Source: an uncultured Eudoraea sp. (lineage in GTDB: Bacteria; Bacteroidota; Bacteroidia; Flavobacteriales; Flavobacteriaceae). From it: DNA of 64,000 nucleotides. Shown in pieces: positions 10,641 through 20,657 of the stretch. The notes beneath the pieces are model-generated. The model was not told the DNA's origin. It ran no database searches and saw only the letters and a list, made by a program, of their open reading frames with translations. The stretch's first letter is position 1. Every line of letters starts with the position of its first letter. Location: positions 9,694-73,693 of the forward strand of contig CAZWPZ010000044.1 of NCBI GenBank assembly GCA_964636005.1. The letters are read 5' to 3'. The position numbers and the translations under genes were made by a program.

Positions 10641-11123
10641 TTAAGTCCAAGAATCAATATTCTCATTGATACGGTCAAAAGCGTATGGCCCAATGGACTT
10701 AATTCTGTGAAGAATGGCTAGTAATGTTAGGAATATAAGCAGCACCTGTAATCCTAAAATAGTAAAACCAAAAGGTATAAATGTCGTTGGCATTATGTGA
10801 TCCTGATATTGCTCATAACTCATTAAAATGTATAAGGTGTCCATCATTTTAAAAATATATACCAAGAAGATGCCATAAAGGGTATATTCTAAATTTCTCA
10901 TCTGTGGATCCGTATACTCCCCTTCAATAATTTTAAATCGTAAAACATACAAATACACCAAATGGACACCAACTAAAATTGGAAAAATATAATTATCTAT
11001 TTTAAAAAAGTAGAATTTATTGGTGTATAAACCATAAAAGTTGAAGATGATTAGTATCATTAGCGTAGTGATACTAAAGGCTATACATCGTTTCCAGTTG
11101 ATAAGTTTTAAAAGTCCGTTCAT
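10641..11123 (-). CDS. hypothetical polytopic membrane protein
   Basis: 160 aa with several long hydrophobic stretches. No recognisable motif. Confidence 0.55.
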   Translation of the reverse strand: MNGLLKLINWKRCIAFSITTLMILIIFNFYGLYTNKFYFFKIDNYIFPILVGVHLVYLYVLRFKIIEGEYTDPQMRNLEYTLYGIFLVYIFKMMDTLYILMSYEQYQDHIMPTTFIPFGFTILGLQVLLIFLTLLAILHRIKSIGPYAFDRINENIDSWT

Positions 11124-11363
11124 AATATGTAAATTATTAAGAGTTGGGCGTTCTCTTGCACAAAGTAACGGAAGGGAATATTCTTTATTTTAAAAATTTC
11201 GATGAAGGGTAAACAATGTTGGGTAAGTATAAAAATATGATGTAAAGCACTTAACAACTTCCAAACCACCCAACGGACGAAAGGGCATAGCTATTCGATG
11301 AATAACATTTTAAAATGCTAAATAAGTAAAAATCAAATCGCGGCTGAGGTTCTTTTCAGACTT

Positions 11364-11804
11364 CTAGGATAGCCAGCCTTTTTTAATAGAAAATCTCGAG
11401 AATTGGACAAGTGCGCCACCGATTATTATTACAAATATAGGAGTAACAATACCTTGAACGGTTCCATATACCTCTGCTGCATTGGTCATAAAAAAAGAGT
11501 AAGCCATTTGTATGACTATAGCGACAAAAGACAAAATTAATACTGGCTTAGACCATCTTTTTCTAATGATAAGTGCTATACATCCCAATAATCCTCCCCA
11601 AACTGCTATAGCAAATACGGCCGTAATCCAGGCAGGTGTACTTTCCATAAGACTTAGTTGCTCTGCAGTATAATTAGATTTCATCTCTTCGGTCATATAA
11701 GCCTGACCCAGATAAGCCATTACGCCCATCAAATTCCATAAAAGGGCTACTATGCTCACAAGCCAAAACCAGATAGGTGGTTTTGTTTTAGTTAATTCTG
11801 TCAT
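11364..11804 (-). CDS. hypothetical membrane protein (about 4 TM)
   Basis: 146 aa. Four hydrophobic segments (for example WFWLVSIVALLWNLMGVMAYL). Confidence 0.55.
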   Translation of the reverse strand: MTELTKTKPPIWFWLVSIVALLWNLMGVMAYLGQAYMTEEMKSNYTAEQLSLMESTPAWITAVFAIAVWGGLLGCIALIIRKRWSKPVLILSFVAIVIQMAYSFFMTNAAEVYGTVQGIVTPIFVIIIGGALVQFSRFSIKKGWLS

Positions 11805-11920
11805 AATTAGTTAGTTTAGTTATTGTCCTAAACAAAATACAAAAAATATCACTTGCTTTAAAAACATCCCAAAAAAGGACTTCTAGCATAAATTTAAACT
11901 AAGCCACAATACGGTTCTCC

Positions 11921-12706
11921 ATGAGAAATAGACAATTTTACTTTATTCGTTTACAATATTTAGGTTTTCGATATAGCGGATGGCAAAAGCAACCCAATCA
12001 GAAAACCATAGAAGGGATGCTCCTAAAGACTTTAAAGTATATTCTCCCCAAAAGAACATTGAAGATTGTGGGAGCGGGACGTACCGATGCAAAAGTTTCG
12101 GCCATAGATGCCGCTTGCTCCTTAATTTTGGATGGGTCACCTATTGAAAATGAAATAGAGTTTCTTGCATTGTTTAATGCCAATCTACCCCCAGATATTC
12201 GGATTATTTCGATGCAGAAATCGGATAACTCATTTAACATAATTCAGGATAGTAAGCTTAAAGAGTATCACTATTACTTTTCGTATGGCCAGAAAAATCA
12301 TCCGTTTTGTGCACCTCTTATGGCAAATTTTGTAGAATTATTAGATATTAAACAAATGATTGCCGCTGCCCAATTATTTGAAGGAACCCATAATTTTTAT
12401 AACTATACCGCAAAAAAAACACCCGATAAGTCCTATACACGAACCGTGACCAGATGCCGTTTAGAAATAAATAAGGAGATAGAAGCTTCTTTCTTTCCGC
12501 AGGTAAGCTATGTTCTCAAGATTAAAAGTAAGGGCTTTGGCCGGTATCAAGTACGAATGATCATGGGCGCTCTTTTGTCCGCAGGTAGAAACGAATTGTC
12601 CCTGGATGACATAGCCAATTCCCTCAAAGAAAACGTCGACTTTCCTCTCTCGAATATCGTACCAGGTTCTGGACTAGTGCTGCATAGACTTAGCTATGAA
12701 ATGTAA
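11921..12706 (+). CDS. truA: tRNA pseudouridine synthase A family
   Basis: Motifs YLGFRYSGWQKQ and GAGRTDAKVSA (catalytic Asp). Confidence 0.8.
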   Translation: MRNRQFYFIRLQYLGFRYSGWQKQPNQKTIEGMLLKTLKYILPKRTLKIVGAGRTDAKVSAIDAACSLILDGSPIENEIEFLALFNANLPPDIRIISMQKSDNSFNIIQDSKLKEYHYYFSYGQKNHPFCAPLMANFVELLDIKQMIAAAQLFEGTHNFYNYTAKKTPDKSYTRTVTRCRLEINKEIEASFFPQVSYVLKIKSKGFGRYQVRMIMGALLSAGRNELSLDDIANSLKENVDFPLSNIVPGSGLVLHRLSYEM

Positions 12707-12707
12707 T

Positions 12708-13592
12708 TTAATCGAATAAGTCAGAAGATAAATATCTATCCCCGCGATCACAGATAATGGATACAATGGTACCTGAAGATAAAGTTGATGCAAGTTTCAA
12801 TGCTGCAACTGTGGCACCTCCACTACTCATTCCAGCAAATATTCCTTCTTCTTTTGCAAGCCGTTTCGCCATATTTCTTGCTTCTTCTTCACTTACTTCT
12901 ATAATTTGGTCTACTTTGTCTCGATTAAAGATTTTTGGCAAGTAGGCCTCGGGCCACTTCCGAATTCCCGGAATTTTAGAATTATCGGTGGGTTGTACTC
13001 CTACAATAGAGATTTGGGAATTTTTCTCCTTCAAATAGGTAGAGGTACCCATAATTGTACCAGTAGTACCCATGGACGACACAAAATGCGTAACTCCTTC
13101 TTTGGTATCCCTCCAAATTTCTGGCCCCGTGCTTTCATAGTGTGCCTTCCAATTATCCTCATTGGAAAATTGATTAATCATATAATATCCCTCTTCTTTC
13201 ACTTTTTTTTCCGCATAATCTCTGGCACCTTCAATACCTATTTCGGATGAAGTGAGGGTTACAATAGCACCGTAGGCACGCATGGTTTGAACGCGCTCTT
13301 TTGTCGAATTCTCTGGCATCACAAGCTCAATATTGAGGCCATATAAACTCGCAATCATAGCCAGGGCTATACCTGTATTACCACTTGTCGCTTCAATTAA
13401 TCGGGTGCTACGATCAAAATCTCCTCTTTCTAACCCTTTAACTATCATGTTATAAGCGGCCCTGTCCTTTACACTGCCACCTGGATTATGTCCTTCTAAT
13501 TTAAAATATAGAGACACATTAGGGTTCGTATTTAGGGTTTTGGACAGTACAAGTGGTGTGTTACCAATTAAATCCGTAAGTCTATTAGACAT
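12708..13592 (-). CDS. cysK: cysteine synthase (O-acetylserine sulfhydrylase)
   Basis: Motifs KLEGHNPGGSVKDR (PLP lysine), TSGNTGIALA and SSMGTTGTIMG. I could not decide between CysK and CysM. Confidence 0.9.
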   Translation of the reverse strand: MSNRLTDLIGNTPLVLSKTLNTNPNVSLYFKLEGHNPGGSVKDRAAYNMIVKGLERGDFDRSTRLIEATSGNTGIALAMIASLYGLNIELVMPENSTKERVQTMRAYGAIVTLTSSEIGIEGARDYAEKKVKEEGYYMINQFSNEDNWKAHYESTGPEIWRDTKEGVTHFVSSMGTTGTIMGTSTYLKEKNSQISIVGVQPTDNSKIPGIRKWPEAYLPKIFNRDKVDQIIEVSEEEARNMAKRLAKEEGIFAGMSSGGATVAALKLASTLSSGTIVSIICDRGDRYLSSDLFD

Positions 13593-14382
13593 TAGGTAAG
13601 GTTTTTATTTTAATATCTGGCTTGTGAAAAACAGTTGAATTTGGTGGTACAGAAGAGGTTATCCATGCATTTCCACCTATTACAGAATTTTCGCCAACTA
13701 CAGTTTCTCCACCTAATATAGTAGCATTTGCATAGATGGTGACATTGTTTTCTATGGTGGGATGTCTTTTCGTTTTTTGTAGGCTTTTTGCAACATATAA
13801 GGCCCCCAGTGTTACGCCTTGATATATCTTAACATTATCCTTAATTATAGCAGTTTCACCAATAACCACCCCCGTAGCATGATCAATAAAAAAAGATTTT
13901 CCAATCGTTGCGCCAGGGTTAATGTCGACTCCAGTTTGCCTATGTGCATACTCTGTCATTAAACGAGGAACCAACGGAAAGCCTTTATTGTAAAGTTCAT
14001 GAGCCAGTCTATAGATAGCAATTGCATAAAAACCAGGATAGGCCATATACACCTCTTCTAAAGAAAGGGAGGCAGGATCACAATTTGCAATAGTATTGGC
14101 GTCTAAGTTGAGTTTTTCGAGGACATCAGGGAGCTTTTCCAAGTAATTTTCCCAAATTTTTGAACATGGCTTTTCAACATCCCAACAGGCTAATTTTACT
14201 AGTCCATCAAACTTACTTTCTAAAATATCTATGTTAGATTCCACTGGAGTCTCAATATCAAAAAGAGTAAGAAAGAGTAAGTCTGTAAATTCTTCTGCGG
14301 CACGTTTTAGACTATAGCGTAGATTGGGTTGTATTTTATGGTTTTTTATCTTTTGAACGATGATATCTTTATTCATAATCAA
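13585..14382 (-). CDS. cysE: serine O-acetyltransferase
   Basis: Motif DINPGATIGKSFFIDHATGVVIGETAII and hexapeptide repeats. It overlaps the cysK start by 8 nt. Confidence 0.88.
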   Translation of the reverse strand: MIMNKDIIVQKIKNHKIQPNLRYSLKRAAEEFTDLLFLTLFDIETPVESNIDILESKFDGLVKLACWDVEKPCSKIWENYLEKLPDVLEKLNLDANTIANCDPASLSLEEVYMAYPGFYAIAIYRLAHELYNKGFPLVPRLMTEYAHRQTGVDINPGATIGKSFFIDHATGVVIGETAIIKDNVKIYQGVTLGALYVAKSLQKTKRHPTIENNVTIYANATILGGETVVGENSVIGGNAWITSSVPPNSTVFHKPDIKIKTLPNV

Positions 14383-14478
14383 GGGTTGATGATCAAATTT
14401 AACTATTAATTAAAAAGGCCTACTTTAAAAAGGTTAACTTTAGCATAATTTTAATAATGACAATAATATTCCAAATTC

Positions 14479-15150
14479 ATGAAGCTTTCTAAAGATATTT
14501 TACTCTTTTTATCAACCTTAGAGAAGAACAATAACAGAGAATGGTTTACAGAAAATAAAGCGCATTTTAAGGAGATTGAGGGGAAGGTTAAAAGTTTTTA
14601 TAACTATTTGGCCGAAAATATGAAGGAACATGATGATATAGAGAAGTTAAAGATGTTTCGAATCTACAGGGACGTTAGGTTCTCTAAAGACAAAACACCT
14701 TATAAAGCCCATTTTGCTGGTTCCATGTCTCGTAATGGTGCACAATTGAGAGGTGGTTATTACCTACAAATAAAGCCAAAAGCAACCTTTATTGCCGCTG
14801 GCTTTTGGCAGCCCAACAAAGAGGATCTCTTTAGAATCAGAAAGGAATTAGAATTAGATGCCTCTGATTTTAAAGCTGTTATTGAGGACTCTGCCTTTAA
14901 AAAAATCTGGGGTACTCTTGAAGGGGAGGAAGTAAAAACTGCGCCTAAAGGTTTTAATAAGCTAGATCCCAATATCGCTTTAATACGTAAAAAAGGATAT
15001 ATTTTTACAAAACACTACAGCGATAAGGAAGTTTTAGATCCAGGTTTTGCACAGGAAGTAAGTTCGGCTTTTCGCAAGATGAGACCCTTTTTTGATCTCA
15101 TGAGTGAAATTTTGACCACTAACTTAAATGGAGAGTCCCTATTGGACTAG
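14479..15150 (+). CDS. DUF2461 (TIGR02453) family protein
   Basis: Hallmark motif FRIYRDVRFSKDKTPYK. Confidence 0.72.
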   Translation: MKLSKDILLFLSTLEKNNNREWFTENKAHFKEIEGKVKSFYNYLAENMKEHDDIEKLKMFRIYRDVRFSKDKTPYKAHFAGSMSRNGAQLRGGYYLQIKPKATFIAAGFWQPNKEDLFRIRKELELDASDFKAVIEDSAFKKIWGTLEGEEVKTAPKGFNKLDPNIALIRKKGYIFTKHYSDKEVLDPGFAQEVSSAFRKMRPFFDLMSEILTTNLNGESLLD

Positions 15151-15549
15151 TGCAACGGTGTCAAAAACCTGGACCTGATCTTTTAATCTATCAATTACCA
15201 TGGCCATCATCCTTTTATTTAAGGCAGAAGAATTCATTATATAAGTTGCATACTCTTCTACTGTAAATTGACCAATAATGATACCCTTTAGTGCATTTCT
15301 AAATTTGATATCCTTCTGGATAGCATTTTCAATGTACTTTAATTTAAGATCTATCCTCAGTTCATAAAAAGCATTCTTGTGCTTGGAAATATAGTTTCTG
15401 AATACTTCGATTAAGAGGCTATTTTGTAACTTAATTATTGGTCTTAGAGTCGCATTCTGAAACCTTTCATCAGGCGACATGTTGGGGAATATTTTTGCTT
15501 TTGCCAAATTGGGTCGTATTCTCAGAAGTTGTGAGCTGCGTTCTTCCAT
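15139..15549 (-). CDS. hypothetical protein
   Basis: 136-aa ORF with normal composition. Convergent 12-nt overlap with the previous gene. No motif recognised. Confidence 0.45.
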   Translation of the reverse strand: MEERSSQLLRIRPNLAKAKIFPNMSPDERFQNATLRPIIKLQNSLLIEVFRNYISKHKNAFYELRIDLKLKYIENAIQKDIKFRNALKGIIIGQFTVEEYATYIMNSSALNKRMMAMVIDRLKDQVQVFDTVALVQ

Positions 15550-15861
15550 ATTGGTAGTTTTTATAAAATTAGAGAATAAGACAAGGATTCGATTAGGGAT
15601 ACAAATTACTTGTCAACTGGGTTATAAACATTTTTTGAGCATGCCAACTCTATTGACGCAGTGAAATAGTTCGACCTGTATTTGGGGAATTATATGTCTA
15701 AGACAGACCCCTGCAGAAGGCCTTGTGGAGCTCACTTATTCTGGAAATAAAGAATAATTAAAAGCTTTCATACAAGGTAGAATACAGACTTTTTCCCTCA
15801 ACAATCCGCTATTTTAATTTATTTTTACTCTCTGATTAACAGCGGCTTATAGTGTTTTATC

Positions 15862-16719
15862 TTAATACGTCGTTCCAACCTCTACAAAAGAGTTTAAGCC
15901 GTGAAGCCTTGGGCCTATTGGTGCAGCCATACAGCAAGTAGATCCTAAATAGAAAATACTAATCTCCTCTAATTTATTTAACTCATGACCAACCTTAATC
16001 TGTTCGGGTAATTTTATGGTACCTACTGCGGGACCACCGACTATAGATAAAAACCAGGTTTGGCCGTCACTATCCTGAATATCTATATTATACCTTTCAT
16101 TTCGAAAGGCTGGAAGGGACGGATTTTGTTTGTAAATCCATGGACGAAGAATAACTAAGTCTCCCGGAACATGCTGAATTCTCGTAATCGTACCATTAAT
16201 CGGGGAATGAATTCGATGATAGTTTTTATTATGAAGAAAGACATTAGTAAATACATAGTCTTTTGGTATGTCATTTTCTCCAACACCGAATATGGTCCAA
16301 ATATTTCTTTTGTCTGCCTTAACAGAAGTTTCTTTTTTATCACTTACGTTGCTAATATCGCACAGCAATCCCTCGCACGGCCAGACCCATGGACTAGAGT
16401 TTTGTGGAATCGACTTAAACTTTCGTATAAAAAAATCTTGGAAACTCTCAAAGGCCTCTTTACCCTCTGGTGGTCTAAACTTAGACAAATAGTCCGAGTC
16501 CTTGTAATAAACACTAACATAGGGCTTAATTACCCATTTTGTAAAGGATAAATTGTAAACAGATGCATACAATGAGGAGATGGCCCTTTGTATGTTTCCG
16601 GGAACGTTTCCCCAGAAATCAACTGCAACAAATTTATACAATCTGGCACGCCATGCAGGCACCTGGAATACCTTGAAATACGGATCAGAGTATTCTAGTA
16701 CATTCTTAACAGCCTCCAT
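15862..16719 (-). CDS. phosphatidylserine decarboxylase family protein
   Basis: LGSTC self-cleavage motif near the C-terminus, plus HRIHSPINGTI. I prefer the ATG at 16719 (MEAVKNV). Confidence 0.78.
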   Translation of the reverse strand: MEAVKNVLEYSDPYFKVFQVPAWRARLYKFVAVDFWGNVPGNIQRAISSLYASVYNLSFTKWVIKPYVSVYYKDSDYLSKFRPPEGKEAFESFQDFFIRKFKSIPQNSSPWVWPCEGLLCDISNVSDKKETSVKADKRNIWTIFGVGENDIPKDYVFTNVFLHNKNYHRIHSPINGTITRIQHVPGDLVILRPWIYKQNPSLPAFRNERYNIDIQDSDGQTWFLSIVGGPAVGTIKLPEQIKVGHELNKLEEISIFYLGSTCCMAAPIGPRLHGLNSFVEVGTTY

Positions 16720-16723
16720 ATGT

Positions 16724-16900
16724 TTAACTGTAATTATAAGTATCACTTGAAATCCCTGAAGGGCACTTCCAAGTCTTTTTTATTTTAATCGATTCTACAG
16801 GAATTGCAGCCTGTTCTTTCTCTTTGGAGGTAAGTTCTTCAATGTAGTTTGAAGACAATAGCATTAGGAAAGCTATCACATATTTACTGATCGTTTGCAT
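16724..16900 (-). CDS. small hypothetical protein (58 aa) with hydrophobic N-terminus
   Basis: Hand-translated: MQTISKYVIAFLMLLSSNYIEELTSKEKEQAAIPVESIKIKKTWKCPSGISSDTYNYS. The stop lies 4 nt before the psd-like ATG. It is below the 60-aa cutoff of the ORF track. Confidence 0.3.
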   Translation of the reverse strand: MQTISKYVIAFLMLLSSNYIEELTSKEKEQAAIPVESIKIKKTWKCPSGISSDTYNYS

Positions 16901-17070
16901 GATGAAATTGGTTTAGTATTACTAAAGCTATTCAATTTCATTTGGGCGATTAAAAAATTTAAGAAAATTTTATTGATACCTTAACAAACTTTAAAAGATA
17001 CCCCGGAATTATTGTTAATACCGTTATAAAGTTTTAATTACTTTCTTAAAAAAACGGCTTCTTTTATCCG

Positions 17071-18354
17071 TTATTTTTGATTGCTTGCATATTTCTGAAC
17101 CTCGTCCAATACCCGAAGCAGGTTTTCCCCCCAGAGTTTGGCTATCTGTTTTTCAGTATAGCCTCTGCTAACCAATTCTTTGGTAATATTAAGTGTTTCT
17201 GATGCATCATTCCAACCTAAAATCCCTCCGCCACCGTCAAAGTCCGAACTAATGCCAACATGATCAATCCCGATTAGTTCGACCATATAGTCAATATGGT
17301 TTACAAAATCAGCCACATCCACTTCTACTGGGGTTCCCGGCTTTCCATCATAAAGCTCATGTGCCTGCTTCCTAATAATTTCGCGATTCTCTATAAAAGC
17401 TTGCTTTTCACTTGCATCTAAAGCAGTAAGCTCCGTATTGTTGTACCACTTAAAACCAAGCGAATCGGCAATTTTTTTATACTTCTCTAAATAAAACTCC
17501 TTGCGATTTTCTGCTTTTTCTTTATTCAAATAAGCGTCTAAAGCAACGGTCTGTACAACGCCACCATTCTCTTTAATAAGCTGTAGTTGCTCATCTGTCA
17601 AGTTTCGGCTGTGGTCGCAGAGTGCTCTGGCTGAGGAATGCGAGGCAATTATAGGTGCTTTAGACAAGCTTATAATATCCTTCATGGAGGCATAGGAAAT
17701 ATGAGAAACGTCTATCATTATTCCAAGTTTATTCATCTCAATTACAGCTTTTTTACCTAGCTCACTTAAACCATTATGCAAATACTTATTATCAGCCTCT
17801 CCAGTATGGGAATCACAAAACTGACTGTGTCCATTATGCGACAGAGATACATACCGCGCACCTTTATCGTGGTATAAGGCGAAAGCAGATATATCTTCAC
17901 CCATAGGATAAGCGTTTTCCACTCCAATCATTGCGACTTTCTTACCACTACTGTGAATTCTTCTAACATCTTCAGAAGTCAGGGCCAATTCAATCTGATC
18001 TGGTGCAATCTCGGAACACAAGCGATGAATGGCATCAAACTTGGCCATAGCATTTGCCTTTGCCTCCTCATAGCCTTTTGGTGTTAACGAGTCTTGTCTG
18101 GTATAAACAATAAACCATGCAACATCTAAACCACCTTCTTGCATCTTGGGCAGATTCACTTGGTTATCAAGGCGTTGTGTATAATTAATACTATCAGTAA
18201 AATTTAAAACATTAATGTCGTCATGCGTGTCAATGGTTATCACATTAGCATGAATTTTTTTAGCTTTTTCTAGCATAGAAACCTCATTTTTAGAATTAGT
18301 TGTATCACAGGAAAAAACGATTAATAGTAAAAATATACTGTTGAAATGACGCAT
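17071..18354 (-). CDS. membrane dipeptidase (peptidase M19 family), exported
   Basis: Motifs IDTHDD, SLSHNGHS, IDVSH, ASHSSARALCDHSRNLTDEQL and DFDGGGG. N-terminal signal with LIVFSC. Confidence 0.88.
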   Translation of the reverse strand: MRHFNSIFLLLIVFSCDTTNSKNEVSMLEKAKKIHANVITIDTHDDINVLNFTDSINYTQRLDNQVNLPKMQEGGLDVAWFIVYTRQDSLTPKGYEEAKANAMAKFDAIHRLCSEIAPDQIELALTSEDVRRIHSSGKKVAMIGVENAYPMGEDISAFALYHDKGARYVSLSHNGHSQFCDSHTGEADNKYLHNGLSELGKKAVIEMNKLGIMIDVSHISYASMKDIISLSKAPIIASHSSARALCDHSRNLTDEQLQLIKENGGVVQTVALDAYLNKEKAENRKEFYLEKYKKIADSLGFKWYNNTELTALDASEKQAFIENREIIRKQAHELYDGKPGTPVEVDVADFVNHIDYMVELIGIDHVGISSDFDGGGGILGWNDASETLNITKELVSRGYTEKQIAKLWGENLLRVLDEVQKYASNQK

Positions 18355-18538
18355 TTGTAAGAATTTATACCTACAAATAAAGCCTTTTTACAACAGTATA
18401 TCAACTGTAGGTAACATTTAATTGTTTAAGGAGCACCTAAGCCTGATTTTTAAACTGTATAAATTAATATATGTCAAGTTTTAAAGGCTCTCATCGATAA
18501 AACGATCCTTTTCTAACCCTACTTAAGCAAGCATTCTT

Positions 18539-20281
18539 TTGAAGTCAAAAAATCTACTTTCCCAACTAACCCAACTAGAAACTTCTTTAAATAGCTTCTC
18601 TTTCGAGGAGCTATCAGCAAAAGAAGCAAGTAGTTTAAAAAAGTCCTATGATAAATTCAAAAGACAATTGGAATTGCGAATTTGGGGTGAAAACCCTCCT
18701 GAAGAGTGGACTAAGAAAACAGAATACCCAGCTATCACAGACGCCAAGTATATAGAAAATATAATAGCAAAGGTAAGTCATGAAATGCGTACACCGCTTA
18801 CAGGAATAATGGGCTTTACGGAGTTATTACGCCAAGGCAACCTAGACAAGAATGAATTGTTTCAAGTAAATGCAATTGCCTCTTCGTCCAGACAATTGCT
18901 CGCTGTTCTCAATGAGCTATTAGAGCATTCCAAGCTTGTTATGAATAAATCAGAGGTTGAAATTATAGATTTCAATTTTTACGAACTTATTCAGGATGCT
19001 ATTCATCTTAGCCAAACCCTTTTGATAGGGAAAGAGGTGCGGTTGCAAGTTGATGTCGACAAAAATATACCCGAAGTTCTAAAAGGCAGCCCATCCAAAC
19101 TTTCTCAAATCCTTTTGAACCTCTTGAGTAATTCCATAAAGTTTACTAAGCATGGAAGCGTCAGAATTCTTGTAAAGCTTTTAAACAGAAGTTCGAATAG
19201 AATAAAATTACGAATTGTAGTATCCGATTCCGGGATAGGAATTGCTAGGAACGACTTAGACAGGATATTTGAGTCTTTTGAACAGGTTTATCCAAAAGAA
19301 TCTGGAAACTACGGAGGTATCGGTTTAGGTCTAAGTATTGTAAAACAGATAGTGGAACAACTAAATGGGGTGATCTCTGTAGAAAGTAAAGTAGGGGTGG
19401 GGACCTCTATTGCAACAGAACTTGACCTAGAAGTAGGATCATCCTCTGGCAGACAACCTTCTACAGTTAAAAATAGCTCTTCAATCAAAGGAGCACAAAT
19501 ATTGATATTAGAAGACAATCCCTTAACCAGGCAATTACTAGAGCAACGCCTTAAACTATGGGGATGCAAAGCACACCTTGCCGATAACGCCATTTTTGGA
19601 TTAAAAAAATTGGATACAACTTCGATTGATGTAATCCTCCTCGATTTAAAAATGCCATTGCTTTCTGGCTATGAGGTTGTAGGTAAAATTAGGAATCACC
19701 CGAATAAGTCCGTACGGAAAATCCCCATTATAGCGATAACTGCGGACGACTCAGCACAACTGCAGAAATTGTTGCAATCAAATTCTATTAACGACTTTAT
19801 TCTCAAACCATTTGACCATGCAGAGCTACACCTAAAGATTGAGAATCAATTAAGAGATATAGAGGCATCTGGTAATGTCGCGATTTCATCAATAGGTTCT
19901 GTACATAAAGTGGACACCAAATCTATATACGAGAATCTGGAAAACACTTTTATTTCTTGCGAAGGCGATATGGAGGTATTAAAAGAAATTGTAGCCATTC
20001 ATAAAAGAAATATTCTTGAATTTATTGGTAGGGTTAGGTTAGGAATAAAAACAAATGATTTTGATTGTATTCTGGATGCCATACACAAAATTAGATCCGG
20101 TCTCTCCATGATGGCTTCTCAAGATCTTCAAAATCTGGTATCCAATATTCATGCAGTGGCTAAGACAATAAAAGACATTAATAAAGTTCAATTTCTCTAT
20201 GATAGATTTCTTATGGAATATCCCAAAGAAGAACGGGCATTAGACATGGCCGTGAAGGACTTAGAAAACAAATTAAAGTAA
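18539..20281 (+). CDS. hybrid sensor histidine kinase / response regulator with C-terminal HPt
   Basis: H-box SHEMRTPL, G-boxes DSGIGI and GGIGLGLSI, receiver LLDLKMPLLSG, HPt-like AIHKIRSGLSM. TTG start. No TM or sensory domain is visible. Confidence 0.87.
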   Translation: MKSKNLLSQLTQLETSLNSFSFEELSAKEASSLKKSYDKFKRQLELRIWGENPPEEWTKKTEYPAITDAKYIENIIAKVSHEMRTPLTGIMGFTELLRQGNLDKNELFQVNAIASSSRQLLAVLNELLEHSKLVMNKSEVEIIDFNFYELIQDAIHLSQTLLIGKEVRLQVDVDKNIPEVLKGSPSKLSQILLNLLSNSIKFTKHGSVRILVKLLNRSSNRIKLRIVVSDSGIGIARNDLDRIFESFEQVYPKESGNYGGIGLGLSIVKQIVEQLNGVISVESKVGVGTSIATELDLEVGSSSGRQPSTVKNSSSIKGAQILILEDNPLTRQLLEQRLKLWGCKAHLADNAIFGLKKLDTTSIDVILLDLKMPLLSGYEVVGKIRNHPNKSVRKIPIIAITADDSAQLQKLLQSNSINDFILKPFDHAELHLKIENQLRDIEASGNVAISSIGSVHKVDTKSIYENLENTFISCEGDMEVLKEIVAIHKRNILEFIGRVRLGIKTNDFDCILDAIHKIRSGLSMMASQDLQNLVSNIHAVAKTIKDINKVQFLYDRFLMEYPKEERALDMAVKDLENKLK

Positions 20282-20285
20282 TTCA

Positions 20286-20657
20286 ATGGAGCAGAAGGAT
20301 GTTGTACTGGCAGAAGATGATGAACTCTTGGGAGCGTTACTGAGCTATCGCCTGGAGAAGGCAGGTTATAATGTTTCCTTGTTGGTTGATGGAAAAGAAG
20401 TTAGAGAACATTTGCAGAACAACAAACCAGACATCATAGTAACCGATATAATGATGCCTTATTATTCAGGTATTGAATTGATAGATTATGTGCGTCAGGA
20501 AATAGGACTATCCACCCCTATAATAGTAATATCTACCGCAGACAATGAGGTAAACGTATTGAACGCTTTTCAATTAGGAGCGGATGACTTTTTACCTAAG
20601 CCCATACGTCCGGCTGAACTTTTGGTAAGAATGGAAAGAATATTGTGTAGTGAATAA
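20286..20657 (+). CDS. single-domain response regulator (receiver only)
   Basis: 123 aa. Motifs AEDDE, DIIVTDIMMPYYSG, VISTAD and LPKP. Confidence 0.88.
   Translation: MEQKDVVLAEDDELLGALLSYRLEKAGYNVSLLVDGKEVREHLQNNKPDIIVTDIMMPYYSGIELIDYVRQEIGLSTPIIVISTADNEVNVLNAFQLGADDFLPKPIRPAELLVRMERILCSE

Noticed and set aside
11124-11363. A 240-bp gap between two minus-strand membrane-protein genes, inspected for a riboswitch or sRNA. GTTGGG and CCCAAC segments could pair.
   Set aside because: I recognise no riboswitch consensus. The pairing is short and could be chance. A covariance-model scan would be needed.
12757-13250. Two plus-strand ORFs (62 and 114 aa) opposite cysK.
   Set aside because: They are shadow frames of a gene with unambiguous PLP-enzyme motifs, and I recognise no motif in them.
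15479-15861. A 312-bp intergenic gap plus the 61-aa plus-strand ORF at 15479-15664. I looked for a tRNA, an sRNA or a small gene.
   Set aside because: There is no tRNA-like T-arm or acceptor pattern. The ORF overlaps the start of the minus-strand gene and has no support. The only minus-strand ORF there is 11 codons.
16155-16551. Three overlapping ORFs (62-126 aa) within or antisense to the psd-like gene.
   Set aside because: They lie inside a gene with the LGST self-processing motif, and their composition is typical of antisense frames.
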